A DNA stretch of 64,000 nucleotides from Gammaproteobacteria bacterium (GCA_018699395.1 JABIQN010000001.1:3678-67677), one strand, 5' to 3'; counted from the stretch's first letter, positions 18,974 through 28,599 are shown. Program-made: numbers and translations. The notes: generated from the sequence alone by a model not told the origin.

Positions 18974-19783
18974 GTGGAAGTGATAATTGCCAAAGATGCT
19001 GATGCCGTCGCTGAGTTGGGCGCACAGCTTGTTTGCGAATTGCTCAATAAAAAGCCTGAGGCTGTGATGGGTCTGACTACTGGCAGTACGCCCATAGCGC
19101 TATATCAGAAACTTATTCAGCGCCACCAGCAGGGTGAGGCAAGTTTTCGCGCTATAACTACCTTTAATCTCGACGAATATATTGGAATGACTGCGGATAA
19201 CCCACAGAGCTATCGCTCGTTTATGAATCGCGAACTATTTGATCAAATAGATATACTAAAAGCCAACACCCATGTGCCCAGCTGTGGTCTCGAGGATAAT
19301 CCGCGCGCTATTGGTGCCGCTTATGAGCGTGCAATATCTGTAGCTGGAGGCATAGATCTTCAAATATTAGGCATTGGTTCTAACGGGCATATTGGGTTTA
19401 ACGAGCCCTGTTCCAGCCTGTCTTCCAGAACCAGAATGAAAATCCTGACTGAGTCGACGGTTAACGATAACAGTCGATTATTTAGTGCGGAGGAGTTTCA
19501 GCCTCATTTAGCCGTCACTATGGGTATTGCCAGCATACTGGAGTCTCGCCGAGTCACACTGCTGGCTACCGGGGCTCATAAGGCTGAAGCGGTGCGCGAC
19601 GCGATTGAGGGGCCCTTGTCGGCGAGATGCCAGGCCAGTGCTCTGCAAATGCACGAAAGGGCCACCTTTATTATTGATGAGGCCGCCGCCTCATGCCTTG
19701 AATACGGAGATTACTTTCGTTGGGCTAATAGTGAAAATACGCCAATTATTGAAAAGTTCGGCAACTTCTATGAGTTGGATTAG
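18974..19783 (+). CDS. nagB: Glucosamine-6-phosphate deaminase
   Basis: GLTTGSTP, FNLDEY and GIGSNGHIGFNEP motifs. GTG start. Confidence 0.85.
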   Translation: MEVIIAKDADAVAELGAQLVCELLNKKPEAVMGLTTGSTPIALYQKLIQRHQQGEASFRAITTFNLDEYIGMTADNPQSYRSFMNRELFDQIDILKANTHVPSCGLEDNPRAIGAAYERAISVAGGIDLQILGIGSNGHIGFNEPCSSLSSRTRMKILTESTVNDNSRLFSAEEFQPHLAVTMGIASILESRRVTLLATGAHKAEAVRDAIEGPLSARCQASALQMHERATFIIDEAAASCLEYGDYFRWANSENTPIIEKFGNFYELD

Positions 19784-19819
19784 GCTTAGTGCACAGATTA
19801 TTTTAGAGTAGAAATAGAA

Positions 19820-20317
19820 ATGACTCGCAAAATATCAACTGGCATTGTCCTCAGCGCCCTCCTCATAATTCTTGCAGCGTGCAAGGCGCCGACCGAAACA
19901 CAGCCCACTAGCGTCCGGTCTTTGGATGGCGATTTTGAGCGCGCAACATTAATTGTCGATGCAGATAACGGGGCTCAACATGAGCTGCGGATTTATCTCG
20001 CGTTGGAATTTGATCAGCAACGTCGTGGATTGATGTTCGTCCGCAATATGCCAAAGGACACCGGCATGTTGTTTGTTTACGAGGACAGCAATATTCGCTC
20101 AATGTGGATGAAGAACACGTACATATCACTGGATTTGGTATTTGTTCGAACTGACGGTACGGTCGCGTCGATCATCCGCGACACACAACCACTATCATTA
20201 ACACCCCTCGCCTCAATCGAGCCGGTAACCTACGTGCTCGAACTGAACGCCGGAACAGCCAGACGACTGAATATTGGCCAAAAAAGCCGCATCATCTGGG
20301 AGAGTGTTCATCATTAG
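19820..20317 (+). CDS. DUF192-domain protein with lipoprotein-type signal
   Basis: Signal ending ILAAC and a DUF192 core RRGLMFV...MLFVY...MWMKNT. Confidence 0.7.
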   Translation: MTRKISTGIVLSALLIILAACKAPTETQPTSVRSLDGDFERATLIVDADNGAQHELRIYLALEFDQQRRGLMFVRNMPKDTGMLFVYEDSNIRSMWMKNTYISLDLVFVRTDGTVASIIRDTQPLSLTPLASIEPVTYVLELNAGTARRLNIGQKSRIIWESVHH

Positions 20318-21503
20318 CACCGCGAAGCGTGGCGACGATCGAGTCCGCAAGGTAATTAACATTGCCAGGCGTAATACCGGCTACATTGATCCGACTTGAA
20401 TCGACCATATAGATGCCAAAGTCTTTCTTCAGTCGTAAAACCTGCTCTGCCGAGATTCCGAGAAAACAGAACATTCCAGTAGCCCGTACGAGGTGCGAGA
20501 AATCGTGTTTGGGTGCCCTCAATACCAGCGCATCGTTTAACATTATTCTCATGTTCTTTAGTCGTTCACGCATTTCAGCAAGCTCGATAACCCAGGCACT
20601 ACGCAATTCAGCATCGTTGAGAATAAGACTGACGACCGCTGCCCCATGATCGGGTGGAACCGAGTATATTGTGCGAACAATATTGTTGACCTGACTGTCA
20701 ACGACGTCCCGAGCGGCACTATCCGCAGCAAGCATGGATAAGGTACCTACGCGGTCGCGGTACAACCCGAAATTCTTTGAGCATGAACTTGAGACGATCA
20801 TTTCCGGAACGTGTTCAGCCATATGACGAATGCAAAATGCGTCTTCATCCAGTCCGTCTGCAAAACCTTGATATGCGATGTCGATAAATGGGATCAGATC
20901 ACGATCAACTATGACGTCTGTGAGCGCGCACCATTCATCATTGGACAAATCAAGGCCCGATGGATTGTGACAACAGGCATGCAGTAAAACGACGTCGCCG
21001 GCAGGCGCATCTTTCAGTACCGATAACATGTCATCGGCCTTGATGACATGATTCAGAGCGTCATAGTATGGATACGACTTAAGACTCAAACCCGCCCCCG
21101 CTAATAAAGGCGCATGATTTGCCCACGTCGGCTCGCTGACCCATACCGATGCAGCGGACGACGCACGGAGAATCATTCCAGCAGCGACTCGCAAGGAGCC
21201 TGAACCACCAGGCGCCTGAATCGTAACCAAGCGATCAGCCGGACTCGATTCACCAAAAATCAGCTCCTGCATTACCGCGTTGAAGTCCGCCGCACCCGCT
21301 GTGCCGATATAAGCCTTACTTTCCTGCTCGTCGATCAGAGTCTGCTCTGCTCGCTTGACGACCTGCAATACTGGCGTGTTGCCTTCCGTCGTCCGATACA
21401 CCCCAACGCCCAGATCGATTTTCTCCGGGCGCAGGTCATTTCTGTACTCAGCGATAAGGCCAAGAATAGGATCCGTACTGGCGGGTTGCAGTGATTCAAA
21501 CAA
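20292..21503 (-). CDS. Aspartate/aromatic-amino-acid aminotransferase (AspC/TyrB type)
   Basis: The N-terminus MFESLQPASTDPILGL resembles E. coli AspC/TyrB, and the PLP-lysine motif SKNFGLYRDRVG is present. TTG start preceded by ggaga. Confidence 0.9.
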   Translation of the reverse strand: MFESLQPASTDPILGLIAEYRNDLRPEKIDLGVGVYRTTEGNTPVLQVVKRAEQTLIDEQESKAYIGTAGAADFNAVMQELIFGESSPADRLVTIQAPGGSGSLRVAAGMILRASSAASVWVSEPTWANHAPLLAGAGLSLKSYPYYDALNHVIKADDMLSVLKDAPAGDVVLLHACCHNPSGLDLSNDEWCALTDVIVDRDLIPFIDIAYQGFADGLDEDAFCIRHMAEHVPEMIVSSSCSKNFGLYRDRVGTLSMLAADSAARDVVDSQVNNIVRTIYSVPPDHGAAVVSLILNDAELRSAWVIELAEMRERLKNMRIMLNDALVLRAPKHDFSHLVRATGMFCFLGISAEQVLRLKKDFGIYMVDSSRINVAGITPGNVNYLADSIVATLRGANDEHSPR

Positions 21504-21555
21504 GGGCTTTCTCCGCTGTAAATAACGTTTTAAGTATTTTCAGCCGCGTATTGTA

Positions 21556-21585
21556 CACACAAAAATGCCGGCCTAAAGGCTGGCA
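21556..21585 (-). terminator. Rho-independent terminator candidate on the minus strand
   Basis: On the minus strand: tgccagcc-ttta-ggccggca (8-bp stem, one mismatch) followed by tttttgtgtgt. It lies upstream of the aminotransferase promoter region, so it must end a separate upstream transcript. Confidence 0.5.
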
Positions 21586-21805
21586 CTCTATGCTGTAATT
21601 TATCGTTTCTAGATCAGGCTTTCGGCGCCCATATTGAACACTATCCAGCGGCTGCAACAGCCTTGCCCGGGAATATCAGGCAAGGACGCCATGCGTCACC
21701 ACCGGCGACTTGAATGAGAGCACAATTCGCGTAGTTTTGATCCGTAATCGGACTGCTTCAGGATGCAACATCAATGCTTGATGCGTCATTTGTATATCTC
21801 ATTAC

Positions 21806-21937
21806 TTACGCCATCAGATCGTCTTCAGCGAGTCGCGGCAGATCATCAGCGTGTACATCACGGCCAGACAATGCGAGGCAACCAACAGCCGAAACGGCTG
21901 ACAACTGAACAAACTTACGACATGCAATTGTGCTCAA
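21806..21937 (-). CDS. Candidate 43-codon ORF with signal-peptide-like N-terminus (below ORF-track cutoff)
   Basis: aaggag (21949-21944), a 6-nt spacer and a TTG start. The translation is MSTIACRKFVQLSAVSAVGCLALSGRDVHADDLPRLAEDDLMA. It is followed by hairpins and the terminator at 21556-21585. Confidence 0.3.
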   Translation of the reverse strand: MSTIACRKFVQLSAVSAVGCLALSGRDVHADDLPRLAEDDLMA

Positions 21938-22155
21938 CGGAATCTCCTTAATTTTTCACCATCAACGTTCCGGGCCCTATACCAGTAACGACCAATCTAA
22001 TGCATCTGGCGTGCATTCTAACCAACTTTCATAAACGTCCGCATAACGGCATAGGCACATGAATTTACTATGGCTTTGAGAACGATTCTCATTGCGTCCT
22101 GCAGTTTCCATCATTGGGATATACTGCATGACCCCGGCACTCAATCGAAGTCACT

Positions 22156-22998
22156 ATGACCGATCGCAGCCTCTCAATTACCGTCAATAAAATCCGTGGC
22201 GATTCCGCAAATCCGGCCGAAGACTACGTCGCGGTGGAGGAACCATTAGAGATTCGCCTTGGGTACTCGACACCTGCAGGGCGCACCGCCAAAAGCATAT
22301 CCATTACGATGCGGACACCAGGTAATGATGAGGAGCTGGCTATCGGGTTCCTGTACTCCGAATCCATCATTACCCGCTCGAGCGACGTTACATCAGTCGT
22401 ACACTCTGGCCCCGCTGCCCCCGATACAGGAAATCACAACATTGTCCGCGTCGATCTCGCAACCCACGTAGAGGTTGATCTTGGCCGTCTGCAGCGGCAT
22501 TTCTACACAACATCGAGTTGTGGCGTATGTGGGAAATCTTCGCTGGACGCACTCCGAGTTACCGGGGCTGAGGCACTCGATATCAACCGCGATCAATTCA
22601 GAAAGGCTGTGCTGGTCACCATGCCGGACGCGCTCCGCGACCATCAGCGGACTTTTGACCAGACAGGGGGGCTACATGCCGCAGCGGCATTTGATTCACA
22701 AGGTGAAATTCTTGTGGTACATGAGGATGTTGGACGGCACAATGCGGTCGATAAAGTTGTCGGGGCGTTACTAACACGAGACAGACTTCCTGCCAGCGAT
22801 CTTGGCCTGATAGTTTCCGGTCGAGCCAGTTTCGAGCTCATGCAAAAAACATTAGTCGCAGGTATTCCGCTGTTGGCTGCAGTCAGTGCACCATCCAGTC
22901 TCGCAGTGCGATTGGCGACCGAATTCAACGTAACGCTGGTCGGCTTTTTGCGCGGCGATACTTTTAACATTTATTCCGCCAGAGAACGTATTACCTGA
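22156..22998 (+). CDS. fdhD: Formate dehydrogenase accessory sulfurtransferase FdhD (FdsC-like)
   Basis: Catalytic loop TTSSCGVCGK and GRHNAVDK. The TGATG junction overlaps the fdsG start. Confidence 0.9.
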   Translation: MTDRSLSITVNKIRGDSANPAEDYVAVEEPLEIRLGYSTPAGRTAKSISITMRTPGNDEELAIGFLYSESIITRSSDVTSVVHSGPAAPDTGNHNIVRVDLATHVEVDLGRLQRHFYTTSSCGVCGKSSLDALRVTGAEALDINRDQFRKAVLVTMPDALRDHQRTFDQTGGLHAAAAFDSQGEILVVHEDVGRHNAVDKVVGALLTRDRLPASDLGLIVSGRASFELMQKTLVAGIPLLAAVSAPSSLAVRLATEFNVTLVGFLRGDTFNIYSARERIT

Positions 22999-23462
22999 TG
23001 GCAAGAATCGATACAGAAACGACGAGCCAGATCGTCAAAAACCACAATGGCAAGCCGGAGCTATTGGTGCAGATCCTGCAAACCATCGTGACTCGATTTG
23101 GTTGGGTACCACCCGAGACAACGCGTCAACTCGCAGAAGAGCTGAACCTGTCACGAGCGGACGTGCATGGTGTAGTCGAGTACTACCACGATTTCAGAAC
23201 CAAAGAGCCTGGCAAGCATATCGTTAAGATCTGTCAGGCAGAAGCGTGTCAGGCAATGGGCAGTCGCCAATTAACCGATCATGCGCAGAAGACTTTGGCG
23301 ATGAGCATGCACGACACTGAAAACAACATCACGCTCGAACCTGTTTATTGTCTTGGTAATTGCGCTTGCTCGCCCGCTGTAATGATCGATGGAAAGACCT
23401 ATGGTCGTGTTGATGAATCTCGATTCAATGCGCTCCTCAATGATTTGCGAGGAGATAAATAA
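22998..23462 (+). CDS. fdsG: NAD-dependent formate dehydrogenase gamma subunit (NuoE-like 2Fe-2S)
   Basis: 154 aa with the Cys pattern CQAEAC...CLGNCACSP of NuoE/FdsG. Confidence 0.85.
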   Translation: MARIDTETTSQIVKNHNGKPELLVQILQTIVTRFGWVPPETTRQLAEELNLSRADVHGVVEYYHDFRTKEPGKHIVKICQAEACQAMGSRQLTDHAQKTLAMSMHDTENNITLEPVYCLGNCACSPAVMIDGKTYGRVDESRFNALLNDLRGDK

Positions 23463-25009
23463 TGGCAAGGACGAAAATCTATGTGCCACGCGAAACCGCC
23501 GCTGTCTCGGTTGGCGCTGATGAAGTCGCATTGGCTATCACCCAGGTCGTGAAAAAGAATGGCATGGACATCGAACTAATTCGCAACGGCTCCTGGGGAG
23601 CAACGTGGCTGGAGCCGCTACTTGAAGTTGAAGTCGATGGTATCCGCATCGCCTACGGAAACGTGAGCGCTGCAGATATCGCCTCCATGTTTGATGCTGA
23701 CCTCCTTAGTGGCGGTAAACACGAACGTCGCCTCGGGCCGACTGATGAGATTCCCTATCTGATGAATCAGGATCGCTGGACGTTCTGGCGCTGTGGACGC
23801 ATCAATCCGCTGTCAATTGAAGACTTTGAGCTGCATCAAGGTTTTAAAGCACTTAAAAAAGCATTTGTCGGTGGTGCCGAAGCGGTCCTCGAAGCCGTTG
23901 CAGAATCTGGTCTTCGTGGTCGAGGAGGTGCTGGCTTCCCAACCGGCATCAAGTGGCGGACGGTTGCCAATGCTGAAGCGGATCAGAAATACATCGCCTG
24001 TAATGCGGATGAAGGCGATAGCGGTACATTCTCCGATCGCATGCTGATGGAAGGTGACCCTCTTGGCTTGGTCGAAAGTATGGCCATCGCCGGTTTCGCG
24101 GTTGGCGCGAGCAAGGGCTACATTTACTTGCGGTCAGAATACCCCTTAGCGCATTCGATATTGTCCCGTGCTATCGAAACCGCCAGAGATGCAGGATGGC
24201 TAGGAGAAAACATTAAGGACAGTGGATTCGATTTCGATATTGAATTGCACCTCGGTGCAGGCTCCTATGTCTGCGGCGAAGAAACGGCCATGCTCGAAAG
24301 TCTTGAGGGCAAGAAAGGCATTGTGCGCTTCAAGCCACCATTACCTGCACTTGAAGGGCTATTCGGTAAACCCACTGTCGTGAATAACGTTATATCGCTG
24401 GCGTCTGTTGCCAACATCATAAATCTCGGCGGTGAGCGCTATGCGGGCATGGGCGTCGATCGATCCAAAGGAACCCTCGCTTTTCAGCTCGCGGGCAATA
24501 TCAAGCGCGGCGGCCTAGTAGAAAAGTCCTTTGGCATTACTTTGCGAGAACTCGTCGAAGACTGGGGCGGTGGCACGGCTAGCGGTCGACCCGTCAAGGC
24601 GGTCCAAGTCGGCGGCCCATTGGGTGCCTATATTCCAGCCGACCAGCTTGATATACCTATGGATTACGAGGCCTTTATCGGTATTGGCGCAATGATCGGA
24701 CATGGCGGCATTGTGGTGTTTGATGGCATGGCTGATATGGCGCAGCTCGCTCGATTCGCGATGGAGTTTTGCGCAATCGAATCCTGCGGCAAGTGCACGC
24801 CCTGCCGAATCGGCTCAACGCGTGGCGTAGAGGTTATCGATAAGTTGATAGAAGGCGTTGATCGTGAGCAGAATCACGAACTCTTAGTCGACTTGTGCGA
24901 CACAATGGAAAGCGCGTCCTTATGTGCAATGGGCGGAATGACACCCTATCCAGTTAGAAGTGTTCTAAAATACTTCGCAGAAGACTTTGCGTCCTCAGGC
25001 AAGAAATAG
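23462..25009 (+). CDS. fdsB: NAD-dependent formate dehydrogenase beta subunit (NuoF-like)
   Basis: FMN/NADH site GRGGAGFPTG and 4Fe-4S motif ESCGKCTPCR. TAATG overlap with fdsG. Confidence 0.9.
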   Translation: MARTKIYVPRETAAVSVGADEVALAITQVVKKNGMDIELIRNGSWGATWLEPLLEVEVDGIRIAYGNVSAADIASMFDADLLSGGKHERRLGPTDEIPYLMNQDRWTFWRCGRINPLSIEDFELHQGFKALKKAFVGGAEAVLEAVAESGLRGRGGAGFPTGIKWRTVANAEADQKYIACNADEGDSGTFSDRMLMEGDPLGLVESMAIAGFAVGASKGYIYLRSEYPLAHSILSRAIETARDAGWLGENIKDSGFDFDIELHLGAGSYVCGEETAMLESLEGKKGIVRFKPPLPALEGLFGKPTVVNNVISLASVANIINLGGERYAGMGVDRSKGTLAFQLAGNIKRGGLVEKSFGITLRELVEDWGGGTASGRPVKAVQVGGPLGAYIPADQLDIPMDYEAFIGIGAMIGHGGIVVFDGMADMAQLARFAMEFCAIESCGKCTPCRIGSTRGVEVIDKLIEGVDREQNHELLVDLCDTMESASLCAMGGMTPYPVRSVLKYFAEDFASSGKK

Positions 25010-25012
25010 ATT

Positions 25013-27850
25013 ATGAATAAAGTGCGCCAAGCCGACCTCGGAACTCCGGCCATCACAACGATTGAAACTGTGCAGGTCGAAATCGATGGAATGCCTGCGA
25101 CCGTTAATGCCGGATCCAGCATATTGCGTGCGGCGCGTGAATCAGGCGTCGATATTCCCAAACTCTGCGCTACTGACAACCTCAAGCCGTTTGGCTCCTG
25201 TCGCATGTGTCTTGTCGAGATCGAAGGCCGCAAGGGCTATCCCGCATCATGCACCACGCCGGTCGAAGCCGGCATGAAGATTCGAACTCAGACTAGTGAG
25301 TTGTCGAAAATTCGACGCAACGTAATGGAACTGTATATCTCTGACCACCCACTGGATTGCCTGACATGCTCAGCAAACGGTGATTGTGAGTTGCAGGATA
25401 TGGCTGGCGCTGTCGGCTTGCGCGATGTTCGCTATGGATTCGATGGCGAAAATCATCTTGACGGTGGCGTTGATTCCAGTAATCCATATTTTCAGTTTGA
25501 CGCCAGTAAATGTATTGTTTGTTCGCGATGCGTACGTGCCTGTGACGAAGTTCAGGGCACCTTCGCGCTGACCATCCAGGGCCGCGGTTTCGCATCGAAA
25601 GTATCCGCAGGAATGGATGAGGGCTTTCTCGGTTCGGAATGCGTGTCTTGTGGTGCCTGCGTGCAGGCCTGCCCAACAGCAACATTAATGGAAAAAAGCA
25701 TCGTTGATGAGGGCCAGCCGGACCATAGCGTTTTAACTACTTGCGCCTATTGCGGCGTTGGCTGTTCGTTTCAGGCCGAGATGAAGGGCGATCAAGTCGT
25801 CCGCATGACACCACACAAAGACGGTGAAGCGAATCACGGTCACTCTTGCGTCAAAGGACGATTCGCCTGGGGTTACGCATCACATAAAGATCGCATAATG
25901 AAACCGATGATTCGTGACACAACGGACGAGCCGTGGCGTGAAGTCAGCTGGGAGGAAGCAATTCAGTACTCAGCTAGGCGCTTCAAGGAAATTCAGGATA
26001 AGTATGGGCGCAAATCGATCGGCGGAATCACTTCGTCGCGTTGTACGAACGAAGAAGTCTATGTCGTACAGAAAATGATCCGCACGGCGTTCGCGAATAA
26101 TAACGTCGATACCTGCGCTCGCGTCTGTCATTCTCCAACCGGTTATGGCTTGGGAACGACCTTGGGTACCTCCGCTGGAACGCAACCATTCGACAGCGTA
26201 ATGGATACCGACGTCATGATTGTGATTGGTGCGAACCCAACTGTCGCACATCCAGTGTTTGCGTCGCAGATGAAGCGGCGCCTACGCGAGGGCGCAAAAC
26301 TGATCGTTATCGATCCGCGCAAAATCGATTTGGTCCGCTCCGCTCACATTGAGGCCGCGCATCATATTGCATTGTCTCCTGGAACGAACGTCCCAGTGAT
26401 TAACGCCCTAGCGCACGTGATCGTGAGCGAAGGACTCGTCGCCGACGATTATATCGAAGAGCGCTGCGACATCGAGTCGTTCGCGGCCTGGGAAAAAATG
26501 ATTCTAAAGCCTGAAAATTCCCCAGAGGAAGTGGCTAAAGTGGCCGGTGTCGACGCCGAGACACTTCGAGCTGCCGCACGCTTGTTCGGCAGTGCAAAAA
26601 ATGGATCAATCTACTATGGACTCGGCGTTACGGAACACAGCCAGGGCTCTACCATGGTGATGGGTATGGCCAACCTTGCTATGGCGACTGGCAATATCGG
26701 TCGTTCCGGCGTTGGTGTTAACCCGCTCCGCGGCCAAAACAACGTACAGGGCTCCTGTGATATGGGCTCATTCCCGCACGAACTGCCAGGCTACCGGCCC
26801 GTCTCGGACGATGGTGTCCGCTCACTGTTCGAAAAACATTGGGGTGTAGCCCTTGACCCGGAACCTGGCTACCGTATTCCTAATATGTTCGACGCCGCAT
26901 GCGCGGGCGAATTCATGGGCATGTACATCCAGGGTGAGGATCTGGCGCAGTCTGATCCAAATACGCACCACGTCGAGGCGGCTTTCAGCAACATGGAATG
27001 CATCGTTGTACAGGACCTATTCCTGAACGAAACAGCCAAGTTCGCGCATGTATTCCTGCCTGGTACGTCATTCCTAGAAAAAGATGGCACATTCACCAAC
27101 GCCGAGCGTCGTATCAATCGCGTTCGACCTGTCATGCCGGCACAACAGGGTAAGGACGAGTGGCAGATCGCCCAAGACCTGGCTCAAGCCATGGGTTACA
27201 ACATGGATTATCAATCCTCTGCAGAAATCATGGACGAAATCGCGGAGCTCACACCAACGTTCAAGAATGTCAGCTTCAAGATGCTCGATGACATTGGTAG
27301 TGTGCAATGGCCATGCAATGAAGCCGCGCCAGAAGGCACGCCAGTTATGCACATCGATCATTTTGTCCGCGGTAAGGGCCTCTTCATCGAAACCGATTAC
27401 GTTCCAACCAAAGAAAAGACCAATCGAAAATTCCCATTACTACTGACAACCGGTCGAATCCTTTCTCAATACAATGTTGGCGCACAAACCCGTCGTACCA
27501 AGAACAACGTTTGGCATTCCGAAGACGTCCTCGAAGTACACCCATCCGATGCAGAAGCAACAGGCGTCAGAGAGGGTGAGCTCGTGTCGATGGTAAGCCG
27601 AAAAGGTGACATTACATTACGAGCGACGATCACTGCCCGCGTCAAGCCAGGCGTCGTCTATACGACCTTCCACAATCCTGAGACCGGCGCCAATGTAGTA
27701 ACGACTGAATATAGCGATTGGGCAACAAACTGTCCGGAGTACAAAGTCACCGCGGTGCGAATTGCGCCGGCGACACACAGATCAACGTGGCAAGACGGAT
27801 TTGCTGCGCGCGCTGAGCAGCAAGGTAAGATCGTGGAAGGAGTGGAGTAA
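25013..27850 (+). CDS. fdsA: NAD-dependent formate dehydrogenase alpha subunit (molybdopterin)
   Basis: 945 aa with N-terminal 2Fe-2S and several 4Fe-4S Cys clusters, then a bis-MGD domain with CARVCHSPT. The active site is Cys, not Sec. Confidence 0.93.
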   Translation: MNKVRQADLGTPAITTIETVQVEIDGMPATVNAGSSILRAARESGVDIPKLCATDNLKPFGSCRMCLVEIEGRKGYPASCTTPVEAGMKIRTQTSELSKIRRNVMELYISDHPLDCLTCSANGDCELQDMAGAVGLRDVRYGFDGENHLDGGVDSSNPYFQFDASKCIVCSRCVRACDEVQGTFALTIQGRGFASKVSAGMDEGFLGSECVSCGACVQACPTATLMEKSIVDEGQPDHSVLTTCAYCGVGCSFQAEMKGDQVVRMTPHKDGEANHGHSCVKGRFAWGYASHKDRIMKPMIRDTTDEPWREVSWEEAIQYSARRFKEIQDKYGRKSIGGITSSRCTNEEVYVVQKMIRTAFANNNVDTCARVCHSPTGYGLGTTLGTSAGTQPFDSVMDTDVMIVIGANPTVAHPVFASQMKRRLREGAKLIVIDPRKIDLVRSAHIEAAHHIALSPGTNVPVINALAHVIVSEGLVADDYIEERCDIESFAAWEKMILKPENSPEEVAKVAGVDAETLRAAARLFGSAKNGSIYYGLGVTEHSQGSTMVMGMANLAMATGNIGRSGVGVNPLRGQNNVQGSCDMGSFPHELPGYRPVSDDGVRSLFEKHWGVALDPEPGYRIPNMFDAACAGEFMGMYIQGEDLAQSDPNTHHVEAAFSNMECIVVQDLFLNETAKFAHVFLPGTSFLEKDGTFTNAERRINRVRPVMPAQQGKDEWQIAQDLAQAMGYNMDYQSSAEIMDEIAELTPTFKNVSFKMLDDIGSVQWPCNEAAPEGTPVMHIDHFVRGKGLFIETDYVPTKEKTNRKFPLLLTTGRILSQYNVGAQTRRTKNNVWHSEDVLEVHPSDAEATGVREGELVSMVSRKGDITLRATITARVKPGVVYTTFHNPETGANVVTTEYSDWATNCPEYKVTAVRIAPATHRSTWQDGFAARAEQQGKIVEGVE

Positions 27851-27930
27851 TGACTCAGACTATCTTCATATTTACATTAATTATTCTTGCAATTCATGTC
27901 ACCGGACGCATCTGCATGAACAATAATTAG
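27850..27930 (+). CDS. Candidate 26-codon hydrophobic micro-ORF coupled to fdsA
   Basis: The ATG overlaps the fdsA TAA (TAATG), the same junction type as fdsG/fdsB. aaggag at 27837-27842 lies 7 nt upstream. Translation: MTQTIFIFTLIILAIHVTGRICMNNN, one TM-length helix. Confidence 0.3.
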   Translation: MTQTIFIFTLIILAIHVTGRICMNNN

Positions 27931-27941
27931 CCATGGATTGT

Positions 27942-28496
27942 TCAGGACTTGTCGAGTTTGGTGAACTTGGACCCTTCAAGCGTAAGGCTGTACATCAAAC
28001 CCTTTGACCCAAAAATAAATCCGACCACTGGATCCTTCATGTTCTGGCTGTCAATCGTCTTGCCAAGACCCAAATCGATCAGCGTTATAGAGCCGTCAAC
28101 ACCTACTTTCCATCCATTCGAGTCACGGAACTTCTGTAGGGATTGCTTGGTCATGAACGCAATTACAATTGATTTTGCCTGTACACCCAACTGAAAACCG
28201 ATCGAACCAGCGGACACTCGATAATATTCGATTGTCTGTCCATCAACGCGCAATACACCCTCACCAGTTTCACCACCGATCACGGCGCCGACTTTGATGA
28301 CGCGCGGAAACACGAGGTAGCCAACCGCCTGGTCAAGAAAAAGCTGCGCCTCGTTTACTTCGCCCCGAAATAACTCAAGTGTTTTGTCTGACTCGCGGTT
28401 GAGCTTGTCCGCGGATGCTGCTAATACCAAACCGGCAAATAAAAGCATTAATAACATGCTGCCCGCTCGAATAGATTTACTGAAGCTCTTCATCAT
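27942..28496 (-). CDS. SYLF (Ysc84/DUF500) domain protein with signal peptide
   Basis: MMKSFSKSIRAGSMLLMLLFAGLVLAASA signal, then the SYLF-like core (GYLVFP..KVG..IGGE.GEG.L...SIGFQ.G). agggag lies just upstream of the Met pair at 28496/28493. The listed start at 28538 is probably too long. Confidence 0.65.
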   Translation of the reverse strand: MMKSFSKSIRAGSMLLMLLFAGLVLAASADKLNRESDKTLELFRGEVNEAQLFLDQAVGYLVFPRVIKVGAVIGGETGEGVLRVDGQTIEYYRVSAGSIGFQLGVQAKSIVIAFMTKQSLQKFRDSNGWKVGVDGSITLIDLGLGKTIDSQNMKDPVVGFIFGSKGLMYSLTLEGSKFTKLDKS

Positions 28497-28599
28497 ATGC
28501 TCCCTGTGAGCTGGCGCGCCTGCCAAACTGTGGACCACGAATAGAGGCTATGATAGCCCATATAGTGGATTAACAGATTAGATTGGCGCGCCTGAACCG

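Noticed and set aside
21763-21951. Plus-strand 62-aa ORF in the long gap upstream of fdhD.
   Set aside because: It has no SD and its composition resembles random sequence. It runs antisense to the better-supported minus-strand SD plus small ORF.
25013-27850. Possible selenocysteine (in-frame TGA plus SECIS) in the FDH alpha subunit.
   Set aside because: The ORF is uninterrupted and the active-site position reads Cys (CARVCHSPT), so this is a Cys-type enzyme.
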